Shown in pieces: positions 53,462 through 64,000 of a stretch of 64,000 nt of DNA. Position numbers and translations under genes: made by a program. The stretch is from NCBI GenBank assembly GCA_965112735.1, contig OZ218955.1:1860001-1924000 (forward strand). The letters are read 5' to 3'. The notes under the pieces were generated by a model. The model ran no database searches. It had not been told where the DNA came from and worked only from the letters and a program-made list of their open reading frames with translations. Numbering within the stretch: the first letter of the stretch is position 1; the number at the start of each line of letters is the position of its first letter. This DNA comes from Phaeosaccion multiseriatum. Lineage: Eukaryota > Protista > Ochrophyta, other classes.

Positions 53462-54409
53462 ATGCAGCATGTGGGCGGTGGTTGTCAGAATGCCTTGGTT
53501 TGAGAGAAAGACAACTTCACAATGATCACATTATACGGGATGTATGGTATCGCAAGCATTCTCAATGGGTAGTTAGTTAGGTAGCAGATAAGAGAGGAAA
53601 GGGCAGGGGAGAGGCGGAAGGGGGTCAATGGTCGGCCAGTTTCCCTGACGAAGCGAGACCCTTCCCCTTCCTCACGAATTGCTATTCCACGCACCTATCT
53701 CTCCTCCCGATTTGTCGCGCCGCTTCACCTCCATCTCCACCGGGCGCTTCTGCAGCCGCCACCGCTGCCGCTAGCTGTGCCCTGCCCTCCTCCGTGCTCA
53801 GGCCCAGGTGCACGCGAATGAGAGAGAAGTGGCCCTGCACGCTCGCCCGAATCAGGCCGGACACCACTGCACCCGGATGGTCGTATCGCGAGATAGAGAG
53901 AGAAATAGAGAGAGGGGCAAGTTCAGCAGCTGTGCTCGACACGGTGGAATACAGATACCTCCTCTCGCACAAAGACTGCACGCACCTGTCTCCGGAACAC
54001 CGTCATGAATACGGATACCTCGCCGCGTCACAGTGTCGAGGGCCTTCGTAAGTCCCCACAGCGCCCTCGGTGTCGGTGCTATGATGCGAGCCACTACAGA
54101 CAGAGCTCGAACAGCACGGTCATTCGTTGCTCCTTCGGCTGTTGTTGCTGTACTTCCTCCAGCCGTTGCGCTACCACCGCAGAGGCGATCTCGCCCCCTT
54201 CGTCCTCCTTCGCCCTCTCCTGCTCTTCCACCAGCACCCTTTCTGTGTACAGCACCAGCCGGGGGAGGCAATCTGGAGCGTTTGTTCATCTCGTTCTGCC
54301 CTGGTCCTTCCCCCCTCCTCTGAAGGGGGGCTCTCCTCCTCGTCGTCGGAGCTTCCACTCCTGCTGTTGCTGCTACTGATCCTTCCCGACCCATCCTTCT
54401 GAGAGCCAT
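51488..54409 (-). CDS. FNIP-repeat protein
   Basis: About 7 exons containing repeats FGSDFNCDVALPSSLRELRFGSEFNRPLPPLPQGLLKLKFGARYNRPL...FGEDFDQPLQLPPSL...FGQDFDQHVRLPEGL. Confidence 0.85.
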
Positions 54410-54693
54410 CTCCGTCCCTCCTCTTGATACAAGAAAACAAATCAACTGCCAGATCCCGACTCTTGATACAAAAAAACAAACCGACGGTGCTGGATGTCCG
54501 TCGGTTGCCATCCTTCTTCAACAATACTTACGTAACCTTTCGTAATGAGCCGTTAAATGATCTCCTTTCCCCTCCTCGCTTCCTTCCTTACCTGTTTGCA
54601 CAGACCCACCACACTCAGGGACACTGTCTTGGTCGTGGTGGAGGGGACGAGTCCGCGAGTACAGAGCAACGAGATTGGTTAGCGCGGCCAAGA

Positions 54694-57600
54694 ATGGGAG
54701 CAAAGGACGTGGATGTCAAGGACCGGGACGGAGACGAGGAGGACTCTCCAGCAATGGGCGACAGCCCCAGCGACGCACTGCTCCTCTCGGACGGGTACAA
54801 CCAAACCTATGTCGTCAGAATGGCGCCCAACTCTTCCTCCAACCAGCAACGGGGGGGCGATTCCAGCAGTAGCGAACGAGGAGGGACGGGGGCAGGCCCT
54901 GCCACGGCTGACATGACGCGCGAGGTGCTTTTCCGCTGTGGGAACTGGTGCTATGCAGGTGCGAAGCAAGCTCCGTTGAGCCCGACGGGTCCTGTGGCCC
55001 TGTATGCACTCTGTCCACCCCACCCCTCCCTCCCTCTGCCTTAACTTTGCCGACACAGAATTCTCTTCAATCTCACAGCATTCTCTTGCCTTGGATTGGT
55101 TTACTTTGTGTGTTCGCTTCTCACTCATGGTCATCTTCCCTTCCCATCTACCGTATTGGATGAATACTGCTGCTGCTGCTGCTGCTGCTTCTGCTTTTTT
55201 CTTGCAGGCCAAGTCTCCTTCGCAGGGCTCGGGGAGGCCATGTCACTGAAGGACATTCCTCGGGCTATCCCCATGCTCCAGCGGCAACAAGGCCGACTAA
55301 AGTACTTCTGCTCCGCCAAGAACGTTCCCTCCTCCTCCATCTGGGCTGAGCCTCTCGCCATCATGGGAGAGATGCAGGAGTTCATCGCTCAGGTTAGGCA
55401 CGGGACGGGTAGAGGGAGAGAGGGGGGGGGGGTAGATGGATAGGTGGATAGGTGGGCATGCTCCTTGTGTGGTGCGATGCGGTGCAAGTACACCACGATG
55501 CGGCCATAGTACATTCGGTGCTGCTGTGTTTTGTTGCTTCTATTGCCCCATCGCTCCTCCCACACCTCCGTCCGTCCGTCCGTCCGTCCGATCAGAGGAG
55601 GGGGTGGTCAAGACATCCTCTCCTTCCTGTCCCTCTAGCCAGCTGTGACTGGGCCCTGCCCTACCCTGCCCTGTCCTTTCCTCTCCTCCTCGCCGCCCCT
55701 GCTGCCCCTGCTGTTTTGCCAACTGCTTGCTCGCTGTCCCTGCTGCTCTCCTTCGTCTTTGCAGGAGCTGTCCAGCGAGCGGACAATGGCCGAGCTCAGT
55801 CGCTGGAGCAAAGTGTTTCCGTGGATAGATGAGGACAGGTACGTGTATGAGTACGCTGCTGCGCCCCCCCCTTCCCTCCCTCATTGAAGGCAAGCTGGAG
55901 GAGAAACAGGAGAGCTTTGTGCGGTGCCTCGTGCCCCGAAAGATTCACAGAAACCCATTTCTCTTGCGTGCCTGACGTTTGTGGGTGAGCTCAACAAGAG
56001 TAAGCATCCCTCTGAAAGAAGCAAAGGTGTTTGACCCTCGAATGACCGTCGTCTCTCCCCTGCCCCGTCTGGTCCTCTGCCTTCCTGCCCATATGCCTGC
56101 CTGCCCTCTGGCTTCCTTCCCACCCATATGTATGTATGCCTACCCATGTGCCTCTAACTCTCTTCAGCGCCAACACGTACTTCGAGCTCACAGCGACGCT
56201 CCCCTCTGCGGTGACCAAAGACTTGGCACTCGTGGCCAGCAAGACGTACGCCAGGGGACTCATCCTCATCTCCATGTGAGTGCGTGAGTGACTGCGGCTT
56301 ACCTTCGCTTACCTGAGCTGGGCTGAGCTTTTCCTACGCTTAGCTTGCCTTTCTCCCCAAGTCTGGTCCTTCACCTTCCTCCCTCCCCTCCTCCCCTCCT
56401 CCCCTCCCTCCCTAACAGCTACTTCGAGGGCTCCTTCTACGTGGTCATGCAGGATGGGGAAGGGGACCAAGCCCTGCTGGACATTCGCTTCCCTGATGTG
56501 TCCCAGCACGGGCAGGGCGTGCATATCAACACCTTCCTCGGCGAGCGAGATGAGCTCAACTCGTCCTCCTCCACCTCACTGAGCAGCAGCAGCAAGGACG
56601 ACGGCAGAGACCGGGACAGAGACAGCGATAGGGCCCGTGGTGGTGGTCGAGACGGTGGTAGACGAGGCAGTAGCAGTGGGTCGGGGTCGTTCCGTCTCTC
56701 TGGCAAGTTGGCCTTTAAAAAGCTCATGCTCTGGCAGAGTCTGGCATCGGCGGCCAAGCCCAATCAGCGCCGGCCCGCATCAGAGGTAGGCTGAGTCGCT
56801 GAGTTGTATTAGTCTTTTAGTGCTTTGCTGAACGGGCGTGGCCGCGAGGAGTCTCTCTGCTGTCTCTCTCTTGTCTCTTTCGCTCTCTCTCTCTCTCTCT
56901 CTCTCTCTGCTGTCTCTCTCTGTCTCTTTCGCTCGCTCTCTCTCTCTCTGTTTCTCTGTCTCTCTCGCTCTCATATATCTGTCTTTCTCCATCTCCTTCT
57001 CTCACGCACACCCTCTCTCACTCACTCTCAGTCACTCCCTACTTCTCTTTCTCTTACACACACCCTCACTCACCCTCTGTCTGTCTCTCTCTCTGTGCGT
57101 GTGTGCGTCTACCCCCCCCCCCCTCGCGCCCACAGGTCAGCAGCATCACCTCACCCGACTACATCCAAACCTACCTTGTGCTAAAGCCCAACGACAACCC
57201 CGAGTCAACAAATGGCAACAGCAGCAGCAACAATAGCACCAACCCGAGTGCGTTGAAGAACATGTCGTGCTACCGTGACGTACTCTTTCGCTTCGGCAGC
57301 TGGTGCTACAGCGGCACTGTGCAGTTGACGCCAGAGCTGACCCTCACAGACATTCCACATGTGATCCCTGCCCTGCGCATGCAACAGAGCAAACTTGACT
57401 ACTTGTGTGATGCCGGGCAGGTGAGAATAGGTTGGGGGAGGGGGGTCGAGGGGATGCAAGTATGTGTGTGTGTGTGTGTGTGTGTGCGTGTGTGTGTGTG
57501 TGTGTGCGTGTGCTCTTGCAGCCCGATGTTGTCACTCACTCACTCGCTCACTCACTCACTCACTCCCTTACGCACTTACCCACGCAATTACACACTCACT

Positions 57601-58302
57601 CACACACTCACTCCCCTCCCCCCTCCCCTCCCCTCTCCCCTCCCCCCCCCCTCCTTCAGATGCCCGCCAAGAGCCCCTTCACCGCTCCCCTCGAGCACAT
57701 GCAGAAGCTCTTGCCCCTCATGGAGGACGAGATCATTCAGAGCGAGGTCAGGAGCGCAGTGCGTGTGTGTGCGTGTGTGTGCGTGTGTGTATGTCTCTCT
57801 CTCTATGTGTGTGTATGTATGTGTGTTTTGTGTGTGTGGGTTTGTGCGCTTGTGGTGTGCTCGCTCCACTGCCGGGTGCCCGCGCCCACCCGAATCACCA
57901 ACTGCTGTACCCATCAACTGCTTCCGTCCGAGGCGACGCACATGATGGGGACAGCAATGCCACAGCAAGACCATAGTCTCACCCCTCCCTCCCTCCCTCC
58001 TCCTCACCCCCTCCCTAACCGCTCTCTCAACCCAACAGGGCGTGCTGATGGAGCTCCTGGAGAAGCTGGATAGCATGGGGCTGGCAGATTCAATCAGTAG
58101 TTGGTTCGATGGGGACTCCATGCAGTCCTTCTATGAGTTTTCCACGGCCCCCGACGAGGACACGAGCAAAGTGTTCCAAGGGGTGGACATGGTGGCCAGC
58201 AAAGTGTGAGTTGGAGTTGGAGTTTGAATTGGAGTATTATGGGTTTGGCGCTGTTGCGGTTGTTGGGGGTGGGGGTGGGAAAAGGTTTGACTAGCTCTTG
58301 CC

Positions 58303-58343
<41 letters not shown>

Positions 58344-59754
58344 TCCCTCCCTCTCTCTCTCCCTCTCTCCCTCTCTCTCCCTCTCTCCCTCCCTCCCTCA
58401 CACACTCACTCACCCACCCACCCACCCACCCACCCACTCACTCGCTCAGCACTCCCTTCTCTCCCTCTCACCAGTCACTCACGCACTCACTCATGCACCC
58501 ACGCCCTTCACTCCACTCCTCATGTACACTCCCCATCCACGCAGCTACACTTCTCGAGGGGTGGTAATCATCACCATTTGGTTCCAAGACACCTTTTACG
58601 TCGTGCTCGGTGAAGGCGGTCAGGAAATGCCTCTCCTGGACAGCAGGTTCCCCGACGTCTCGGCAAGGGGAAGGGGCTACCAAGTGAGGTCGTGTGTGGA
58701 AGGCAGGGAAGGGTGGGAGCAGCTGAGAAAGGTGTCGGTGTGGCAGACCGCAGCAGCATTACAGAAAGAGATGGAGGGGAGGTTAGCGAAGCAAGGGGCG
58801 GAGCAGGAGGATGACGACGACGATGATGATGATGATGACGACGACGAGGAGGGCCACACGGATGAGGAGGATGGTGGTGGTGGTGGAGGAGGGGGGGGGA
58901 AGAGAGGAAGGAGAAGACGGGGCAGAAGGGGTGGGGGTCAGACGGCAGGGGAGGATGCGGGGGCGGAATCCCATCGGAGGGGAGGGGGGGGGAGTGGAGC
59001 GAAGCGCTTAGGGGGAGATTATAGCCGCCTTTCGAGCTTCGGTAGTGACAGAGGAGAAGAACAAGACGGAGGAGGAGGAGGGGGTGAGTTTGGGCTGCTT
59101 GGAGGGGAGACGTCGCTGAATGCGGAGCCCAAGGTTGCCCGACAGAGTATGAACATCGACACGAGCGGACTGAAGCAGAGGGGCAGTAAGAGCCCGTCTG
59201 TGAGTCCGAGTGCTGTGGGGTCGGGCATCCTCCTTAATGGGGGAGGAGTAGGTGGTGGTGGTGGTGGTGGTGGCGACGCAGCCGCCCGCTTTGGAAGCGG
59301 GGGGGGGAGAGTAGGGAGTGAAGGTGGGATGGGGCCGGTTCGAGGCCCCCCAGGGGGTACGAGAGAGAGGAGTCGAGCAGAGGAGAAGACAGGGGGAGGA
59401 GGGGGGGGTGTCGTCGACGGAGATGGGGAGGGTGGTGAGGATGATGGAGAGGGGGACGGCAGCAAGAGCAGCAGTCGAGCGGCACCACAGAACACCGCCG
59501 CGAAGCAGCTGACCAAGACGAAGGTCGCGCTGCCCCACCACCTCAAGCCCATGGCGCTCGGAGGGGGGATGGCGAGCAAGCTTGAGAAGATGCGAGCAGA
59601 GATGGGGGCAGGGGGGGGTGTAACGGGGCTCGGGGGCGTGGAGGGTGGCGGTGGCGAGGCACCTTGGGATGCCAGTGGGAGGCCGAAGCATGCCATGTTC
59701 GGCGAACGGTCGTCGACAGATGGGGGCGGGTTCGGGGCCAAGGGACTCAAGTGA
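54694..59754 (+). CDS. Unknown protein with two tandem copies of an unrecognised ~230-aa domain and a low-complexity C-tail
   Basis: Nine exons (~54694-54958, 55209-55392, 55765-55838, 56168-56275, 56419-56785, 57136-57420, 57660-57747, 58039-58205, 58545-59754) splice in frame and show clear internal homology. Confidence 0.85.
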
Positions 59755-60204
59755 GGGGAGGTGGGAGGGAAGGAGGGAAGGAGGGAAGAGAGGCTTGAGG
59801 TGGATGGGTGGTTGGTTGGTTGGTTGGTTGGTTTAAACGAAGAGTGGGGAGCGGGAAGAGAATCTTGACTGACGGACGGACTGACTCACTGACTTACTGA
59901 CTTACTGACTTACTAGCTCACCTTAATTCACAGAAGGGGAGGGAGCCGAGGAAGGATTTTAAACGTATAGGACAAAGAGCGGAGACAGGGGGAGTGGAAA
60001 GTCATCCCCCTCCCCACACCAGAGAAAGAAAGAAAAGAGCCCACCATGAACAATTACAGTTTTGTTTTGTTGGCTCTCTTTTTAGCCCGGAGGCCTGGAG
60101 CGTGTCAAGTTATTGAAGAGCGTGGGTGGGTGCATTAAAATGACATGAAACTGAAATTGTCGTGTTTGCGTGTTTGCGCAAGTTGGTTTGCGCATAATGC
60201 CTCT

Positions 60205-60428
60205 CCATCTTGCACATGCGGGAGCGGAGTCCTTCTCTATCTTGCACATGTGGGAGCGGAGTCCTTCTCTATCTTGCACATGTGGGAGCGGAGTCCTTCT
60301 CTATCTTGCACATGTGGGAGCGGAGTCCTTTCCATCTTGCACATGTGGGAGCGGAGTCCTTCTCTATCTTGCACATGTGGGAGCGGAGTCCTTCTCTATC
60401 TTGCACATGCGGGAGCGGAGTCCCTCTC
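60205..60428. repeat. 32-bp tandem minisatellite x ~7 (CTTGCACATGTGGGAGCGGAGTCCTTCTCTAT)
   Basis: Contiguous near-identical units with no spacers. Confidence 0.93.
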
Positions 60429-60755
60429 GTGGCGGCGGTCGGCGGTCCCTTCTCATTCCACTCATCATCTTGACTTTGCCCATGTTGAGTGCCGTGGTGC
60501 GCCTCTACTCAGCCCCGCCCACCATCCCACCCCATCCCCCTTACAGTTACACTTACAGTTACACTTCCAGTGAGTGAGTTTTAGGCACTCTTTGTCGTGT
60601 GTTCTATCCCAACAAAGTTCAGCACAGCCGTTTCCTCTGAGATCAGAGAGAGAGAGAGAGATGGCAGTGGATGGCAGTGCCTTGCTGGTCTGGGGGGGGG
60701 GGGGGGGGGGCTTCTCTCTCTCCGCCCTGTAGAGCGCTGCTTACCACGCACAAGG

Positions 60756-60950
60756 CTCACCGTCCCACCACCGCTTCCCTCCTCCTCATCCTCCCTCTTA
60801 CAACGCTCACCGTCCCACCACCGCTTCCCTCCTCATCCTCCCTCTTACAACGCCCACCGTCCCACCACCGCTTCCTCCTCCTCCTCATCCTCCCTCTTAC
60901 AACGCTCACCGTCCCACCACCGCTTCCTCCTCCTCATCCTCCCTCTTACC
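60756..60950. repeat. ~45-54-bp tandem repeat x4 (CACCGTCCCACCACCGCTTCC...CTCTTACAA)
   Basis: Units differ in their CCT count. Confidence 0.85.
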
Positions 60951-61045
60951 CTCCCTCCGCCACCGCCATTGTGTTGCTGAAGGGGATGCCCAAGGCAAGC
61001 GCCCAAGCCTAAGAAACTCATGTGTACTTTCTCTGTAGCTTGGTG

Positions 61046-61278
61046 CCCTCACCCCCAAGGCCTGGCTGGACAGTACAAGGTGCTCATCATGCTGCCACTC
61101 TCACTGCCCTCACCCCCAAGGCCTGGCTGGACAGTATAAGGTGCTCATCATGCTGCCACTCTCACTCTTTCACCCTGGCTGGACAGTACAAGGTGCTCAT
61201 CATGCTGCCACTCTCACTCTTTCACCCTGGCTGGACAGTACAAGGTGCTCATCATGCTGCCACTCTCACTCTTTCACC

Positions 61279-61285
<7 letters not shown>
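61046..61285. repeat. ~52-61-bp tandem repeat x4 (CTGGCTGGACAGTACAAGGTGCTCATCATGCTGCCACTCTCACT)
   Basis: Contiguous near-identical units. Confidence 0.9.
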
Positions 61286-61317
<32 letters not shown>

Positions 61318-61437
61318 GCTGAGGGGCGGGGGGGAAGGAGTGGAAGAGGGAGATAATCTCTCACTCATCAACCGAAGGGGAGTCAGTCAGTCATGCCTTG
61401 CTGGCTCATCCCTCTCCCTCCTCGCCAAGCCTTCCCC

Positions 61438-63508
61438 TCAGCCCAGGGAATCGTCCCCGGCAAGCATTTGTTGAAAGGTGAGCGGGTCGCGAGGGAAGAC
61501 GCAGAGCACTTCGTCGCGAGAGTGCATCAGGCCACAGTGGTTGAAGTTGGCGCTGCGGTTGAGGGAGAGAGAGATGGATGGGTAGATGGGTAGGTGAGTG
61601 GGTGAGTGAGTGTGTGAGTGAGTGAGGGAGGGAGGGAGGGAGTGAGTGAGGGAGTGAGGGAGCGAGGGAGTGAGGGAGTGAGTGAGTGAGTGAGTTAGTG
61701 CATGAGTGAGAGAGTGAGCGAGCGAGTGAGGGAAGCACAAGTTCAAGTTCAGGTTGTTCAAGTTGAAGTTGTTGAAGTTTGGTCACTACTCACTTCTCGC
61801 AGGGGCACTCCACGTCTCTGGTGATCCGAATGTATACGCCCTTGGACAGCGTGGTGAGCTTGAAGCAAGGTGTCACCGGTAGACCCTAGCGGAGAGAGAG
61901 AGAGAGTGTGTGTGTGTGTCGCGGGGGTGTGTGGGTGTAAGTACACAATAAATGAAACATAGTCCTCCTCCTCCTCCTCCTCCTCCTCCTCCTCCCTACC
62001 TGAAAGATGGCCAGCATGAGGCCGTAAAAGGAGGAGCCACACAGCCCCGCGAGACAGGCATACCCTAGGGCGGACGTGCTGACAAGCATGGTGCCCAGGA
62101 GGGCAAAGGACGTGCCCACAGCGGTGGAGTATGCCACCATTAGTCTGTGAGGGGAGGGTAGTGGATGGCAGGGGATGGCAGGGGATGGCAAGGGATGGCA
62201 TGGGATGGGCAAGATAAGAGCAGAGGATGGGGAGGGGGTTTGAGATCAGGGTAGATTCTTCTGCCTCTTCTTCCTTCTGCCTCCCTCTCTCCCTCCCTCC
62301 CTCCCTCCCTCCCTCCCTCCCTCCCTCCCTCCCTCCCTCCCTCCCTCCCTCCTTTCTTCCTCCCTCCCTCCCTCCCTCCCTCCCTCCCTCCCTCCCTCCC
62401 TCCCTCCCTCCCTCCCTCCCTCCCTCCCTCCCTCCCTCCCTCCCTCCCTCCCTCCCTCCCTCCCTCCCTCCCTCCCTCCCTCCCTCCCTCCCTCCCTCCC
62501 TCCCTCCCTCCCTCCCTCCCTCCCTCCCTCCCTCCCTCCCTCCCTCCCTCCCTCCCTCCCTCCCTCCCTCCCTCCCTCCCTCCCTCCCTCCCTCCCTCCC
62601 TCCCTCCCTCCCTCCCTCCCTCCCTCCCTCCCTCCCTCCCTCCCTCCCTCCCTCCCTCCCTCCCTCCCTCCCTCCCTCCCTCCCTCCCTCCCTCCCTCCC
62701 TCCCTCCCTCCCTCCCTCCCTCCCTCCCTCCCTCCCTCCCTCCCTCCCTCCCTCCCTCCCTCCCTCCCTCCTTCCTTCCCTCCCTCCCTCCCTCCCTCCC
62801 TCCCTCCCTCCCTCCCTCCCTCCCTCCCTCCCTCCCTCCCTCCCTCCCTCCCTCCCTCCCTCCCTCCCTCCCTCCCTCCCTCCCTCCCTCCCTCCCTCCC
62901 TCCCTCCCTCCCTCCCTCCCTCCCTCCCTCCCTCCCTCCCTCCCTACTTCCTTCCCTCCCTCCCTCCCTCCCTCCCTCCCTTCCTCACCTGGTCTTCTTG
63001 GAGAAGACGACATTCCCAATCTCATCCCTCCCTCCCTCCCTCCCTCCCTCCCTCCCTCCCTCCATCCCTCCCTCCCTCCCTCCCTCCCTCCCTCCCTCCC
63101 TCCCTCCCTCCCTCCCTCCCTCCCTCCCTCCCTCCCTCCCTCCCTCCCTCCCTCCCTCCCTCCCTCCCTCCCTCCCTCCCTACTTCCTTCCCTCCCTCCC
63201 TCCCTCCCTCCCTTCCTCACCTGGTCTTCTTGGAGAAGACGACATTCCCAATCTCATCCCTCTTATACAAGTCGAGTGTAAAGAACCACAGCAAGACGTA
63301 CCCAACCTTGGGTACAAAGTCGACCCCCAACCATGCTCGCATCACCACAATCCCCCCAAAGGCAGCCGTGGTGTAGCGACTGATGAAGAAGGGCAGATAC
63401 TGATACTTGACGATGAGAGCAATGAAGCACCAGGGCATCGCACCGAGGATGTATCCGGAGGCGAGGAGTACGCAGAAACGCTTGGTAAAGGACTCGCTGC
63501 AGAGGGTG
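61438..63508 (-). CDS. 3' part of an uncharacterised multi-pass membrane protein (continues beyond the window)
   Basis: Exons ~63220-63508 (FCVLLASGYILGAMPW...VGYVLLWFF), 62000-62145 (LMVAYSTAVG...YGLMLAIFQ), 61793-61886 (GLPVTPCFKLTTLSKGVYIR...CPCEK) and 61438-61551 (CGLMHSRDEVLCVFP...*). Confidence 0.7.
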
Positions 63509-63960
63509 TTAGTGGGGGGAGGGAGGGAGGGGGGGAGGGAGGGAGGGAGGGAGGGAGGGAGGGAGGGAGGGAGGGAGGGAGGGAGGGAGGGAGGGAGGGA
63601 GGGAGGGAGGGAGGGAGGAAGGAAGGAAGGAAGGAAGGAAGGAAGGAAGGAAGGAAGGAAGGGAGGGAGGGAGGGAGGGAGGGAGGGAGGGAGGGAGGGA
63701 GGGAGGGAGGGAGGGAGGGAGGGAGGGAGGGAGGGAGGGAGGGAGGGAGGGAGGGAGGGAGGGAGGGAGGGAGGAAGGAAGGAAGGAAGGAAGGAAGGGA
63801 GGGAGGGAGGGAGGGAGGGAGGGAGGGAGGGAGGGAGGGAGGGAGGGAGGGAGGGAGGGAGGGAGGACGGGAGGGAGGGAGGGAGGGAGGGGGGGAGGGG
63901 GGGAGGGAGGAAGGGGGGAAGGAGGGAGAGAGGGACGGAGGAAGCCAGGGAGGGAGGGAG
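62290..63960. repeat. (CCCT)n at 62290-63215 and (GGGA)n at 63515-63960 flanking one exon
   Basis: Very long mutually complementary tetranucleotide arrays on either side of exon 63220-63508. Confidence 0.95.
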
Positions 63961-64000
63961 GTGAGTGAATGAATGTGTGTTGCTCGCTCACGCGCTCGCT

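Noticed and set aside
60205-60428. 32-bp repeats resembling a CRISPR array
   Set aside because: The units are contiguous with no unique spacers, there are no cas genes, and the context is eukaryotic.
62227-63972. 581-aa PPSL/GGRE ORF and other long homopolymer ORFs (e.g. 36422-37232, 18136-19482, 7010-7787, 13476-14546)
   Set aside because: These are stop-free translations of intronic or intergenic microsatellites.

Overview
This is eukaryotic nuclear DNA: intron-rich, GC-rich and saturated with microsatellites. The plastid-type bipartite leaders and the gene families suggest a photosynthetic stramenopile such as a eustigmatophyte or xanthophyte (inference). I reconstructed ten spliced genes by hand: an APC amino-acid permease (5' truncated), PIG-O/GPI13, gamma-COP, U2SURP/SR140, FolD, a cytoplasmic dynein intermediate chain, a probable plastid protein with IF2-N-like repeats, an FNIP-repeat protein, an unknown protein with two copies of an unrecognised ~230-aa domain, and the 3' end of a membrane protein. 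There are also two intronless disordered paralogs that share only one short motif. Main non-coding signals: (1) a dispersed 16-bp motif, GCAGTTGGTG(A/G)TACAG, in ~19 copies across introns and exons in several reading frames, pointing outward from exons; (2) MITEs with 5'-TC...GA-3' termini and 6-bp target-site duplications; (3) introns that are G-rich at the 5' end and C-rich at the 3' end; (4) a 117-nt near-perfect hairpin between ankyrin and PKS pseudogene debris. Exon coordinates were read manually and may be off by a few bases. No database searches were run.
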